A DNA stretch of 38,746 nucleotides from a virus. Lineage: Duplodnaviria; Heunggongvirae; Uroviricota; Caudoviricetes. Positions 1-9,343 of this stretch are shown one piece after another (the first letter of the stretch is position 1; each line of letters begins with the position of its first letter). Under the pieces are notes generated by a model, which saw nothing but the letters and a program-made list of their open reading frames with translations, was not told the DNA's origin and did no database searches. A program made the position numbers and the translations under genes. The stretch lies in the IMG/VR virus record IMGVR_UViG_2648501400_000020, positions 1-38,746 of that record; one strand, 5' to 3'.

Positions 1-657
1 TCAGGGGGCCAGTCTACTGAAAGATATCGGCAGGGTGATATTTACAGGTGAGCCTAATGGCCCTGATGCTGATATTCCCATTTGAATGATGGTTCCATCA
101 GGCAATTTTCTCCAGCGATTAGAACTCGGATTTCTTTTCCAGGCTGACATATCCGGTATCTGATTTTCTCCTGTACCCACATCCCTTTTCGCCGCTTCTC
201 CCAAACCAAGGTATGTGAGAATGTCAGCAATAGTCTTTTTCCCGATAATGTCACGGCCAACAGAAGTCAAATCAGTCTGCGCAGCTGTATCATTTCCAGT
301 GAAATACGGGAGTTTATTTGCACCGGTTTCCAGCCCAGCTAATGCCGTCAGCGTGGCATCAAGGGCCTGGAAATCCTTCCCAAAAGCGGTTCCCATTTTG
401 GAGATAAACCCGTTCAGGTCACCATCATCAAGCACGTCCAGCCCACTTTTGTTGGCTGTGTACTGCGCAAGCGCTGCCGCAATAAAGCTGGCCTGTCGAA
501 TAACCTTATTGACTTGCGCACTGGATGCTTTCCCTGCTGTAAATCCGGATAAAAGCGCAGGCAACGCTTCCCATTCCTCCTGCGACATAACATTAGCATT
601 TCGATCCGTTGCAAACGCTTTAAAGTCATTTTTCGCCATCAGAGTAATACTCCCCAT
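1..657 (-). CDS. Tail fibre protein, N-terminal part only (ORF runs off the window edge; likely start at the ATG at 639)
   Basis: Contains the stretch TLTALAGLETGANKLPYFTGNDTAAQTDLTSVGRDIIGK typical of P2 H / lambda Stf-type side tail fibres; no stop codon before position 1. Confidence 0.75.
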   Translation of the reverse strand: MGSITLMAKNDFKAFATDRNANVMSQEEWEALPALLSGFTAGKASSAQVNKVIRQASFIAAALAQYTANKSGLDVLDDGDLNGFISKMGTAFGKDFQALDATLTALAGLETGANKLPYFTGNDTAAQTDLTSVGRDIIGKKTIADILTYLGLGEAAKRDVGTGENQIPDMSAWKRNPSSNRWRKLPDGTIIQMGISASGPLGSPVNITLPISFSRLAP

Positions 658-1319
658 GCTCCTACATCAAAACCACTGATGAATTCGTTATCCATATCAA
701 AACCAAAAAATTTTGAGCCTTCCGATGGGGTTTCCACCGAAGGTGTTTCAATGCCACCCGCCCACACCCCGGCGGCTTTTACTGTGAGATATCCCTGTTT
801 AATTGCAGCAATTAACTCACGCGATACATCTGAAATATCAGTATCAGGAAAGACCCAGACCGATATAGTCATGTCCTGGTTATCGACTATCTGCATTCGC
901 AGCCCGGATCCTGCTGTTGCCGCGTCAAGAATTGCCGGAAGCGAATCATTCCGTCCGTCCCAGTTATTAATCGCAATCTTCGCTTTAAGAATGACACGAT
1001 AAGTTTCATCGCTGAGATACATGTATCCGGAATCAGGATCATATGGCCCCTGCCATACCCCCTGATCATATCCAAGCCCGTCGGTATCCCAGCTGAAATA
1101 GACACCTGAGATAGGCTGGCGGACAACACGGCTACGTCCGATCCACAATCCCAGAATGTCAAGTTGCACACCAACCGCAGAGTCAATATCAAATGCAGTA
1201 ATCAGCCCTCTGGTGGCAGCCGCAACATCAATAAGCGGCCGGGTCATCAGATCAACATGTGCAAGAAATTTAGGTTTGGTGGCGTGGTAGTTCGTGATTA
1301 GTTCGGTGTATTTGCTCAT
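639..1319 (-). CDS. Baseplate/tail protein (Mu gp48-like position, directly upstream of tail fibre)
   Basis: 226 aa ORF tightly packed between baseplate J-like gene and tail fibre; assignment by position and composition only. Confidence 0.45.
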   Translation of the reverse strand: MSKYTELITNYHATKPKFLAHVDLMTRPLIDVAAATRGLITAFDIDSAVGVQLDILGLWIGRSRVVRQPISGVYFSWDTDGLGYDQGVWQGPYDPDSGYMYLSDETYRVILKAKIAINNWDGRNDSLPAILDAATAGSGLRMQIVDNQDMTISVWVFPDTDISDVSRELIAAIKQGYLTVKAAGVWAGGIETPSVETPSEGSKFFGFDMDNEFISGFDVGAWGVLL

Positions 1320-2515
1320 GACTCCACCGTTATAACGATATTTTCCGGGGTACAGGACGCAGATTCGTTGTATCTGATATCAATGTTTGATGACGACAAA
1401 GCCCCCGGGGATTTCCCAATCGTCAGTTCCTGAATATCGTAATAGCGTGCATTCCCGCCACTCACCACGCCAAGATTCGCCGGTGAGTAAATGCGACTTA
1501 AAAGGACCGAATCACCGATCGTAAGACTATTGATATAGTCGGAAATAGCCTGCTGGATCTGCTGCCCTATCTGTGAGGTATAACCCGTAAAAACTTTTAA
1601 TTTAATCCGGGCATAAACAGGCACATCACTGGAACGCGAGAATTTGATTACATGGGGATTGCCGTATTTATCCGGAACCGTAACGGATGTTGTACCGTGA
1701 GTGGCTGTACCCTGGCCTTTATTCCCTCTGATAGCCTGAGCAATATCCGTCACATCACCGCCATCCACAATTACAGCAACAGAGTGTGGCGGTAACCCGT
1801 TACCGTCCTCCGAACCAGTATCGTTTTCATAGAGTTTGTGGCGGGTTACACCGGTAACATTAGAAACAGCACCATCCAGTGCTTCAAATGGGGTTATTGA
1901 TGGCAGCGCAACACTCTGCGACTGGCGGATACGTAACTCCGCGTCAGTTTCTGCCGGAGTGCCCACAGTAGCTGCAGCAGGATTGGTTACCGAAACCCAG
2001 CCACGGGTTGGCGTATTAATTTCAGTGATAGTTCCAGCCAGCGCCGCCACTGCACCACTGACGGAACATGTTGCGGTCGCCATCACTGTACCATCCACGC
2101 CGACCACCACTGAAGCAGGCAAACGCCATATCACATTATTACTGTCTTTCACGCTGCCATTAATGATGGTTGTTCCGGCAGTTCCTGTAAGAAGCAAATC
2201 AACCGTAGAATTCGTCGCGCCTTTACGTGAAATACCATTTATTTTCACGTTACTGGTCAGTGCAGCCCCATAGCCGGTTGCCGGTGAAAAACAGTTGTAG
2301 ACAGTTATCGCCATATTATTGGCATCATGAATCGCCAGCGCCATCAGAGCCACCATCTGGCCGTCTTTGCTGTCCGGTTCGAGGTAGGCATCACTGCCAT
2401 AAATCTGCTGAAAATAGCTAATCAGGGTGCTGAGTATCGTCTGATAATCAGGCGCACTGATCCCCTCCGCGGTTACCTTTGCAGATAAACCGAGAGAATC
2501 AAGGTTCAGAGCCAT
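1316..2515 (-). CDS. Baseplate J-like protein
   Basis: 399 aa, overlapping stop/start coupling with neighbours, position in baseplate cluster; resembles Mu gp47/P2 J-type baseplate proteins. Confidence 0.65.
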   Translation of the reverse strand: MALNLDSLGLSAKVTAEGISAPDYQTILSTLISYFQQIYGSDAYLEPDSKDGQMVALMALAIHDANNMAITVYNCFSPATGYGAALTSNVKINGISRKGATNSTVDLLLTGTAGTTIINGSVKDSNNVIWRLPASVVVGVDGTVMATATCSVSGAVAALAGTITEINTPTRGWVSVTNPAAATVGTPAETDAELRIRQSQSVALPSITPFEALDGAVSNVTGVTRHKLYENDTGSEDGNGLPPHSVAVIVDGGDVTDIAQAIRGNKGQGTATHGTTSVTVPDKYGNPHVIKFSRSSDVPVYARIKLKVFTGYTSQIGQQIQQAISDYINSLTIGDSVLLSRIYSPANLGVVSGGNARYYDIQELTIGKSPGALSSSNIDIRYNESASCTPENIVITVES

Positions 2516-2868
2516 TACGCCTCCGATGTAACAGTCGTTATTCCATAGAGAGTGTCGATTTCAGCGGAAAACATGACACGTCGGGTCGTGGTATCCACCG
2601 TCGTATTGAAAGAGAGGATTGATTTAACGCCCCGCGTTTCGAGGATGCGCTTACGGATCGCCAGGTTGTAGGTTTCCGGCTTCTGCTTACCGAGTACGGA
2701 CTGGATCCACGGAGTCCCTTCGGTGGTGTCTAGAAACCATTGCCCATACCACAATTCGAATCGCGTTTTTACCGCCTGCGCCACGGCCTCCGGTGAGTTA
2801 ATCAGCCAGGTGTCATCACCGCTGCCAAAGGTGTAATCGCCATCGGCGTCTTCACGTCTGTATCGCAT
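2515..2868 (-). CDS. Small baseplate protein (gp46/W-like position)
   Basis: 117 aa ORF translationally coupled between spike-like and J-like genes. Confidence 0.4.
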   Translation of the reverse strand: MRYRREDADGDYTFGSGDDTWLINSPEAVAQAVKTRFELWYGQWFLDTTEGTPWIQSVLGKQKPETYNLAIRKRILETRGVKSILSFNTTVDTTTRRVMFSAEIDTLYGITTVTSEA

Positions 2869-3620
2869 CAGTTTACCCCATCGGTATTGCTTCCACCGCG
2901 CTGAACACCGCCATGAGTGTGCGTATCATCGATTGGCTTGCCGTTAGCCTTCACGCTACCCAAAAACTCAACAGCACCAGTGATTTTTGAAGCCACACCA
3001 GAAACCACAGACCCCACCATGCCCCCCAACCAGGTTAACAGGCCATGAATGGTTACTTTCTCAGAAAAATCAACCAGAGGGGCAACCACATCAAGACCAC
3101 CCGGAGCGACAATTTTAATTTTCCTGGTATCAGGATTAAGCTCAAAATAGGTGCTACCGTCGTCACTACGCAACTGTGTGGCACTGGTATTAATACCGCT
3201 AATCTTTCTCGCCTGCGACTGGGGACCGACAATACAAAACGCATCCGATAAATCATGCATTCTGTCATCGACCGGCTCCTGTATCCCACCGCTCTGCCAC
3301 CAGAAATCAATACAACGATCGGCAAAAACGACAAGACACTCATCCCCGGCTTTAACCGGAAAAGTCAACGTACAGCCTCCGCCGCGCGGAAATACCACTG
3401 GCACATCCACCAGCAACGGGTAATTTTTGGTAATGCGGTTACCGTCGTTATCCTTTTCAACCGAACGGATAGCTGGCTGCACAACCGCCGTCACCGCGTC
3501 GGGCTCGAATGACTGAACAATGCCAGGCAAGGCGACACGGATCTGGTTCTTTGTTGTTTCCCGTTCAGATTTGAATGTTTCGGCAAGGTCGCCGCTGCGG
3601 GTCTGGTCAGATACTGCCAT
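2868..3620 (-). CDS. Baseplate spike/assembly protein (V/gp45-like)
   Basis: 250 aa, Gly/Val-rich C-terminal region, position upstream of gp46/J-like genes. Confidence 0.5.
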   Translation of the reverse strand: MAVSDQTRSGDLAETFKSERETTKNQIRVALPGIVQSFEPDAVTAVVQPAIRSVEKDNDGNRITKNYPLLVDVPVVFPRGGGCTLTFPVKAGDECLVVFADRCIDFWWQSGGIQEPVDDRMHDLSDAFCIVGPQSQARKISGINTSATQLRSDDGSTYFELNPDTRKIKIVAPGGLDVVAPLVDFSEKVTIHGLLTWLGGMVGSVVSGVASKITGAVEFLGSVKANGKPIDDTHTHGGVQRGGSNTDGVN

Positions 3621-3639
3621 TTAGTAGGCTCCAGAAAGC

Positions 3640-3663
3640 AAAAAACCCGCCGGGTGGCGGGTT
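3640..3663 (-). terminator. Rho-independent terminator downstream of moron gene 3680..3919
   Basis: Plus strand reads aaaaaa-cccgcc-gggt-ggcggg; on the minus strand this is a GC hairpin followed by a T-run. Confidence 0.6.
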
Positions 3664-3679
3664 CATTATTGAAGTTTCA

Positions 3680-3919
3680 TTACTGCTTGTTTGCTTCTAA
3701 CGCTTCAGCTATTCGGCGAAGATACTCATTGTTTTTAAATGAAACCATGATGCACTCAAAGAATATTCGGCAAGATACAGCACATAACAAAAGCACTAAA
3801 GCGCCAGCAGCCTTCCCATTAACAAACGTTATAATGGCGGCAACAACCAGAAGTAACATTGTGATGCCATACAGAACGTTGATGATTTTTGGAGTTATTA
3901 ATTTATCAAATCCGAACAT
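3680..3919 (-). CDS. Small two-helix membrane protein (moron, function unknown)
   Basis: 79 aa; two hydrophobic segments then charged tail KNNEYLRRIAEALEANKQ; ATG with AAGGA Shine-Dalgarno; own promoter and terminator. Confidence 0.5.
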   Translation of the reverse strand: MFGFDKLITPKIINVLYGITMLLLVVAAIITFVNGKAAGALVLLLCAVSCRIFFECIMVSFKNNEYLRRIAEALEANKQ

Positions 3920-3955
3920 GCGACAAATTCCTTATCGTGAAAGTAGAAGTATCAC

Positions 3956-3983
3956 ATTATAATTACGAGTGATTAATCAACAA
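3956..3983 (-). promoter_or_regulatory. Sigma70-like promoter for moron 3680..3919 (-35 TTGTTG, 16-nt spacer, -10 TATAAT)
   Basis: On the minus strand TTGTTG (3983-3978) and perfect TATAAT (3961-3956), about 35 nt upstream of the ATG at 3919; overlaps the 3-prime end of ORF 3973..4314. Confidence 0.4.
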
Positions 3984-4314
3984 TCTTTTTGCATGGAAAG
4001 GAGCCGATGATTTTCGGCGCATCCATGCTGTTCTGCAGCAGTTGCACATTCAGGAATCGCGTTTCGGTACCAGGGCGACGAATGTATTCAAAGCCGTAGT
4101 TGTTACCGTCTTTGGCTGGCATAAGCCCCATGTCTACTTTCAAACCATTGGTACCCAGTTCGGTGATTTTTTGAGAGGTAACTCTTTCACCGTTGATTGT
4201 CGATAACTCGCCCTGGTTTGCAACCATAGTGTAGCCACCGCATTTAACCGTGAAGCCATCCGCCCACGCGCTGCACGCAGAAAAGACAGCTAACCGAAAA
4301 ATAATCCCCCTCAT
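3973..4314 (-). CDS. Secreted/periplasmic protein with N-terminal signal peptide (moron, function unknown)
   Basis: 113 aa; hydrophobic N-terminus with AWA-DG cleavage-like site; two Cys; inserted between baseplate genes. Confidence 0.5.
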   Translation of the reverse strand: MRGIIFRLAVFSACSAWADGFTVKCGGYTMVANQGELSTINGERVTSQKITELGTNGLKVDMGLMPAKDGNNYGFEYIRRPGTETRFLNVQLLQNSMDAPKIIGSFPCKKIVD

Positions 4315-4317
4315 TGC

Positions 4318-5379
4318 TCATCCCCTTTGCAAAGCCGATTGCGTATACAGATCCGCCGCGCTACGCGCTTCGCACATCATATCCATGTACCACGCCTGGC
4401 CCCTTGTGTCGCCAGTGTACATAATCCCGCGCACAATATAAACGCCATCCATTGCGATGCTGGCAGGCTGCGATGTGGTGCCGCTGAGCGTAATATTTCC
4501 GTCCGTGTTCTGGTCGGTGATCTGACCACCAGCCATAGCGATATCGTTGTTCGACAACGCGGTGCGATATACAGAAGCCTGATCCAGCTGAATGAGCCCG
4601 TTAACCCGGATGTTCGGATTAATGAGCGCACGGACGTTTACGCCGTTACCGATGGTCTGCTGCGGCATGCCAATAAGCCCGGTAGCACTGTTGAGCACAA
4701 TCGCTTCGTGAACATATTCGTTATTCGCCACCATCTGGCGTTGACCATCCACGAATTGCCATGTTGCGCCACATTGCCCGGCTACGTTATCCATAAGATG
4801 CCGCGTCATGCCAAAGAGCACCCGCCCCCGGGGGAATACAGTCGCAGGCATTTCAGGCGTCAGGCCTTCGGTCGCGCCTTTGGCTTCAAAGTCTTTCATC
4901 AGCGCACGGTTTACATCAGCGACCGTGTAACCGGCAGCCAGCGTCTGTGAGGTTATACTGGTGGCAAAAGCCAGATCAGTATCGGCTGCCTGAATCAGGA
5001 CGTAGGAATCAACCGGACTGTCTTTTCCTGTGACCGAGTAGCGAATTTCACCGCTGAAAATCAGTCCGTAGTTGCGACCATCACTCTGGCCCACGTCCGC
5101 CGCGTCAACTTCCCGCACTGTCCCGACGTCGCTTGCCGACACTTCCGGCGCGATACCGTCGTAACCCGCAATCAGACGCACTTTCGAAAACTCCTGCCCG
5201 GTAATTCGGTTCACAGTATCTGCCGAGAGGTTATAAATTTTGATAGTCCCTACCCGGGACGCGCTGCTGATGTTGAACCAGTCGATCGTAAAGGTGACTT
5301 TGAAATCACTTAGCTCAATTCCCTGACCGTTCCCGTCCACAAGCTGCAGCTCGAAATGTCTCATCCAGTTCTGTGACAT
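4318..5379 (-). CDS. Baseplate hub/tail protein (gp44-like position)
   Basis: 353 aa ORF in tail cluster between tape measure-side genes and baseplate genes. Confidence 0.45.
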   Translation of the reverse strand: MSQNWMRHFELQLVDGNGQGIELSDFKVTFTIDWFNISSASRVGTIKIYNLSADTVNRITGQEFSKVRLIAGYDGIAPEVSASDVGTVREVDAADVGQSDGRNYGLIFSGEIRYSVTGKDSPVDSYVLIQAADTDLAFATSITSQTLAAGYTVADVNRALMKDFEAKGATEGLTPEMPATVFPRGRVLFGMTRHLMDNVAGQCGATWQFVDGQRQMVANNEYVHEAIVLNSATGLIGMPQQTIGNGVNVRALINPNIRVNGLIQLDQASVYRTALSNNDIAMAGGQITDQNTDGNITLSGTTSQPASIAMDGVYIVRGIMYTGDTRGQAWYMDMMCEARSAADLYTQSALQRG

Positions 5380-5381
5380 GC

Positions 5382-5687
5382 TTACTCCGTTGATACCAGT
5401 AAATGGCTGCGACTGCCCAGGTCAGTTTTCGTGGGATAATCCTGTGTGTTGTCATCGCAGACCACCAACAGCTTAAAACCAAGCCCCATACAGGCGTACT
5501 GCGCCAGCAGATCAGCGCCAGTGACGAGAGGAATACCGGAGATTACCGGCTCTCCTCTGTCGTTCTGCAGGTCCATAATCCAGTAAGGATCTCGCCATAT
5601 GATGCTAATCCGCCAGGTGACACCGCTCAGGACGATACTGAACTGCTGGTTATCCGCTGTCAGCGGAATTTCCTGAATTGTCATCAA
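5382..5687 (-). CDS. Tail-associated hypothetical protein
   Basis: 101 aa ORF, coupled to neighbours in tail operon. Confidence 0.35.
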   Translation of the reverse strand: MMTIQEIPLTADNQQFSIVLSGVTWRISIIWRDPYWIMDLQNDRGEPVISGIPLVTGADLLAQYACMGLGFKLLVVCDDNTQDYPTKTDLGSRSHLLVSTE

Positions 5688-6271
5688 CCGCCCCCCAGTA
5701 ATGACGCCACGTTACCCGTGATGCTTTTCAGCAGTGAAGTATCTGGAGGCTTTGTGGTTTTGTTGCCGCTGTTCTGTACCGCCGACGTGCTGGCCCCTTC
5801 CTTCATGTTGGTTTTATCAGCGACAGTGATCTGCTGTGTCCGGGAGATAAGGACCTCCCTCAGGGTGAGGACGGCGGACAGGACGTTTTCGGTTGTCTTG
5901 TCCGTCGTCACTTCCAGCGCCCGGATCAACATGTTGCTGTACAGCCGTTTACCGGTTACCACATCGAAGGGGATACGGCTTTCCTGCAGATCCAGTAGCT
6001 CCTGATACGTCTGCTGAGGACTCAGGCCGAGCAGGCCGGTAGCCGTCAGGTTACTGGCAAAATCCAGCAATGCGCCGCCACCGGCGAAACCAACCTCCAT
6101 CACCACTTCTGACGGTTTTTTATAGGCATGATCAGCGACAGCAGCCCCGACCTCTACCGGATGCTCTGTTATTTCAAGCATATCTGTATGCTTCTCTGAA
6201 ATAACAACACTGGGAACAATCATTCCTATTTTTCTGCTCTGCTGATGAAAAAGTGTAGAGAGAATATCCAC
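5684..6271 (-). CDS. Tail-associated hypothetical protein
   Basis: 195 aa ORF immediately downstream of tape measure gene. Confidence 0.35.
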   Translation of the reverse strand: MDILSTLFHQQSRKIGMIVPSVVISEKHTDMLEITEHPVEVGAAVADHAYKKPSEVVMEVGFAGGGALLDFASNLTATGLLGLSPQQTYQELLDLQESRIPFDVVTGKRLYSNMLIRALEVTTDKTTENVLSAVLTLREVLISRTQQITVADKTNMKEGASTSAVQNSGNKTTKPPDTSLLKSITGNVASLLGGG

Positions 6272-8280
6272 TAACCCACCCTCACCTGATTACTTCGCAT
6301 GACCTGAGCATTTGCAGACTGTTGCCGACGTGCAACCTCATTACCGACAGCGTGCGGATCTCCGCCACCGTAAATGTGGTAAGTATTTTGCTGATTAACC
6401 TCTGTCATTTTGCCACTAATTCCCGCCACGGCAGCCTTATTAATCAGCCCTCGGGAATAGATATTTCTTCCATTTTCATGCTGGATAATGCTGCTCATCA
6501 ATGCTGACATGGTTTGCGGATCGCTCATATTCAGGGCAGCCCGGGGATCCACTCCCAGTCGTTGCGATACAGCCCTGATATACGCAGTTGTGTTGTTATT
6601 ATCAGACGCAGGTGCCCAGGTAGAGATAATTTTCTCCACACTGTTTATTCCCCGTCCGGCGTACAGCATTAACTGACGAGCAAGAGCCCGTAATCCATCA
6701 AAAGCAGTTTCAAATCTGGCAAATCGCCCGCCCGGGCGTTCAAGAGAAGCCCCTGCCTGACCAGCAAAATTAAGGTTTCCCGGATTGTTATTCCGTTCTC
6801 CTCGTTTCGTAGCCTGTGCATGTTGTTCCGGCTCATCATCACCAAACCAGCCGCGTACCGTCCGGCCCACACTGCGGGGATCGAATCCCCAGTGCTCTTT
6901 AATCCAGTCGGCAGTACTGTTAGCGCTGTCTGTAACCATCGGCATCGCTGACGGATTTTCGCTGCCCTGATTAAGTATCTGTTTGCCGATGCTGACGGCA
7001 TCAGCCCAGCGGCCATCTTTGATAGCGTTGAGCAGGTCAGCGATCATGTTCAGCATTTTGCTGAATTCGCCCATCTGGTCGATGAAGTTGCTGAAATCCC
7101 ACTTCAGGGACCATGATTTGGGGTCAATATTGAGCAGTTTCGCCAGCGCTTTCACCAGGTCGTTAACGGTCGTTTTAAGGTCACGAACCATCTTCAGCGC
7201 GGCATCGACCTCCGGTTTCCACTTGCCCCAGTCAATCAGGCTGTCGCCGCCTTCCTTCCAGGTCTGATAGTCCTCCCACAGGAGGGCAATACCCGCCGCC
7301 AGCGCGGTAATGAGGCCAATCGGCGACATCCAGAACGTACTGTTCAGAATGCGCAGCGCAATCGTCAGTGCGCCAAACAGCGAGATCAACTCCCGCGTTT
7401 GCTTATCCAGCGATTGCCACCAGGTGATAAGGCCTGATGTCCCCTCAATCAGTCTGAAGAACAGCCGCCCGATAATATCCCCGAGCGCCAGAATGCCTTT
7501 TATGGCTTTCGTCAGGGTCTGCTCGATACGAGGGAAGTTGTCCAGGATATGGCGGCGCAGGGTGTCCAGCGAACCCGCAAGCCCCCCCGCAAGATTAGAG
7601 CCGATTTTGTCACGGGCCATGCCTGCCATCGCGCCAAACTCACGCAGGGAGGTCATAAATTTGTTGGAGCTTCTGGCCGCCTCGTCAGCATTGAAGCCGA
7701 TAGCTTTCGCCATTGCGCTGTACTGCCCGGAGAAGCCACCCACACCCCGGCGCATAGCCATCAGGGTATTTTCGTCAATGCCCAGCATCTGCGCATACTG
7801 GTTAGCCCGGTAATACGGCATGCTGCTGAGTTTCTGTCCAACGCCCGTAAAGATAGCGGCCATGTCACGCATGTTACCGCTGGCATCACGGGTCTGTACG
7901 CCCAGGCGATTCAGAAAGCCTTCTGCTCCGGGATTATTACGAATAAACCGGGAGAGGTTTTCCAGAGAAGATCGCGCAGCGTCCACGCTGCCGCCAACCT
8001 GCGAAACCGCATAGCCAATAGACTGAATTCCCTGGACTGTCGCGCCAGTGCGCTGTGACGCCCAGTAAAGATTATCCAGACCAGAGGCGATCTTAGCCGT
8101 GAAGGCCACCACGGACAGCGCAGCTCCTTCGACGGCCAGCCCCATTTTGATGACATTTGCAGTTGTACCGGCGAGGACAGAACCGAATTTTTTCGCTCCT
8201 GCATCATCCACACTGAAGCCAAGCGAGACGAGGAAATCTTTAATAGTCTCGGCGTTCATTATCCTCTCTCCATTTCTCAA
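6271..8280 (-). CDS. Tail tape measure protein with distinct C-terminal globular domain
   Basis: 669 aa; Ala/Gly/Leu-rich helical core with hydrophobic segment WMSPIGLITALAAGIALLW; sits after tail tube/chaperone genes. Confidence 0.75.
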   Translation of the reverse strand: MRNGERIMNAETIKDFLVSLGFSVDDAGAKKFGSVLAGTTANVIKMGLAVEGAALSVVAFTAKIASGLDNLYWASQRTGATVQGIQSIGYAVSQVGGSVDAARSSLENLSRFIRNNPGAEGFLNRLGVQTRDASGNMRDMAAIFTGVGQKLSSMPYYRANQYAQMLGIDENTLMAMRRGVGGFSGQYSAMAKAIGFNADEAARSSNKFMTSLREFGAMAGMARDKIGSNLAGGLAGSLDTLRRHILDNFPRIEQTLTKAIKGILALGDIIGRLFFRLIEGTSGLITWWQSLDKQTRELISLFGALTIALRILNSTFWMSPIGLITALAAGIALLWEDYQTWKEGGDSLIDWGKWKPEVDAALKMVRDLKTTVNDLVKALAKLLNIDPKSWSLKWDFSNFIDQMGEFSKMLNMIADLLNAIKDGRWADAVSIGKQILNQGSENPSAMPMVTDSANSTADWIKEHWGFDPRSVGRTVRGWFGDDEPEQHAQATKRGERNNNPGNLNFAGQAGASLERPGGRFARFETAFDGLRALARQLMLYAGRGINSVEKIISTWAPASDNNNTTAYIRAVSQRLGVDPRAALNMSDPQTMSALMSSIIQHENGRNIYSRGLINKAAVAGISGKMTEVNQQNTYHIYGGGDPHAVGNEVARRQQSANAQVMRSNQVRVG

Positions 8281-8436
8281 TGCGCCGCTGGTTATCCGCT
8301 TTTACCGCCAGATGGTCATTCAAGAGAGCAATGTCGTACAAATCGACAGAGCCATCTTTAAGTGCTGTATAAGGAATTAACCCGGCGTCAACCGGATTGA
8401 GAAGGTAGGACAGCCCGTCCGGCAGGCTGTTAAACG

Positions 8437-8889
8437 TCAGCCCTGTTGCAGGCTCTGCGTCGTGCTGGTAAGGGGTGTAGGCAAAAAATTTCCCAGCGAA
8501 TCGGCGACCACCCGCGCCACCAGCTGCAGCATGACCAGCAGGTCAATATCATCAAACATCAGTTCGCCCTGGGTAAATACCGGCACCCATCCGTCCATAT
8601 GACGCCGCGATACCACCGCAAGACAGGGATGAATAATCGCATCGGTGTCATCTTCGGTCAGGGAAGACAGTTCCTCAGCGATACGCGGGAGCATGGTTTC
8701 AAACACCGGTTTTAACTGCTCGAATTTCACGGTGTCGATTTTGCCGTCAGCAGGCAAACGGGAGCGAATGCTCCCGAAATCTGACATCATTCCTGCCAGC
8801 ACCGGCAGAAGTTTGCGGGTCACTTTCAGCTGGTCAAAAACGCTGAGTTTTGCCACGCGATATTTCACGCCTTTGATTTCGAATTCCAT
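8437..8889 (-). CDS. Tail assembly chaperone
   Basis: 150 aa acidic protein between tail tube and tape measure genes. Confidence 0.45.
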   Translation of the reverse strand: MEFEIKGVKYRVAKLSVFDQLKVTRKLLPVLAGMMSDFGSIRSRLPADGKIDTVKFEQLKPVFETMLPRIAEELSSLTEDDTDAIIHPCLAVVSRRHMDGWVPVFTQGELMFDDIDLLVMLQLVARVVADSLGNFLPTPLTSTTQSLQQG

Positions 8890-8892
8890 GTA

Positions 8893-9333
8893 TTAAAACT
8901 CCCCGAGAACCTGGTCAATCTTGCCGCAGTCAAACACCCACGGCATCGTATTACCGGTTTTAGCGTTGGCGTTATCCGGTTGTTTCTGGAACGCAACACT
9001 GCGTGCCGTGATGATGTCGCCACTGACCTTGTTGCGGATCACAATAACGTTATTCCCCCATGTGGCAGAAGACTGGCTCTGTGCGTTATACGCCAGCGAC
9101 AATTTTTTATTTGTCGGTGATGTCTTCAGAAGGTTAACGGTAATCGTCCCGCTTTTATCTGCATGGAGACTGTGCATCACTTCGCCATCAGAACCGATGG
9201 TCATGGTGTTTTTAGGACCGCCCATCGCAACCACAATCCCCTCTTCAGAACTTGCCGAACCGTACCCGAGGTCAATCGAACCTGTCGGCCCGGTCAGCGT
9301 CGCAGTGACATCCATAAAAGAATAGGTAGACAT
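8893..9333 (-). CDS. Tail tube protein
   Basis: 146 aa, immediately downstream of sheath gene; typical size and order for contractile tails. Confidence 0.6.
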   Translation of the reverse strand: MSTYSFMDVTATLTGPTGSIDLGYGSASSEEGIVVAMGGPKNTMTIGSDGEVMHSLHADKSGTITVNLLKTSPTNKKLSLAYNAQSQSSATWGNNVIVIRNKVSGDIITARSVAFQKQPDNANAKTGNTMPWVFDCGKIDQVLGEF

Positions 9334-9343
9334 TCACTTCCCC

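Noticed and set aside
8280-8437. Programmed frameshift extension of the tail assembly chaperone
   Set aside because: No overlapping alternative-frame ORF of meaningful length between the chaperone stop and the tape measure start; cannot be supported from sequence alone
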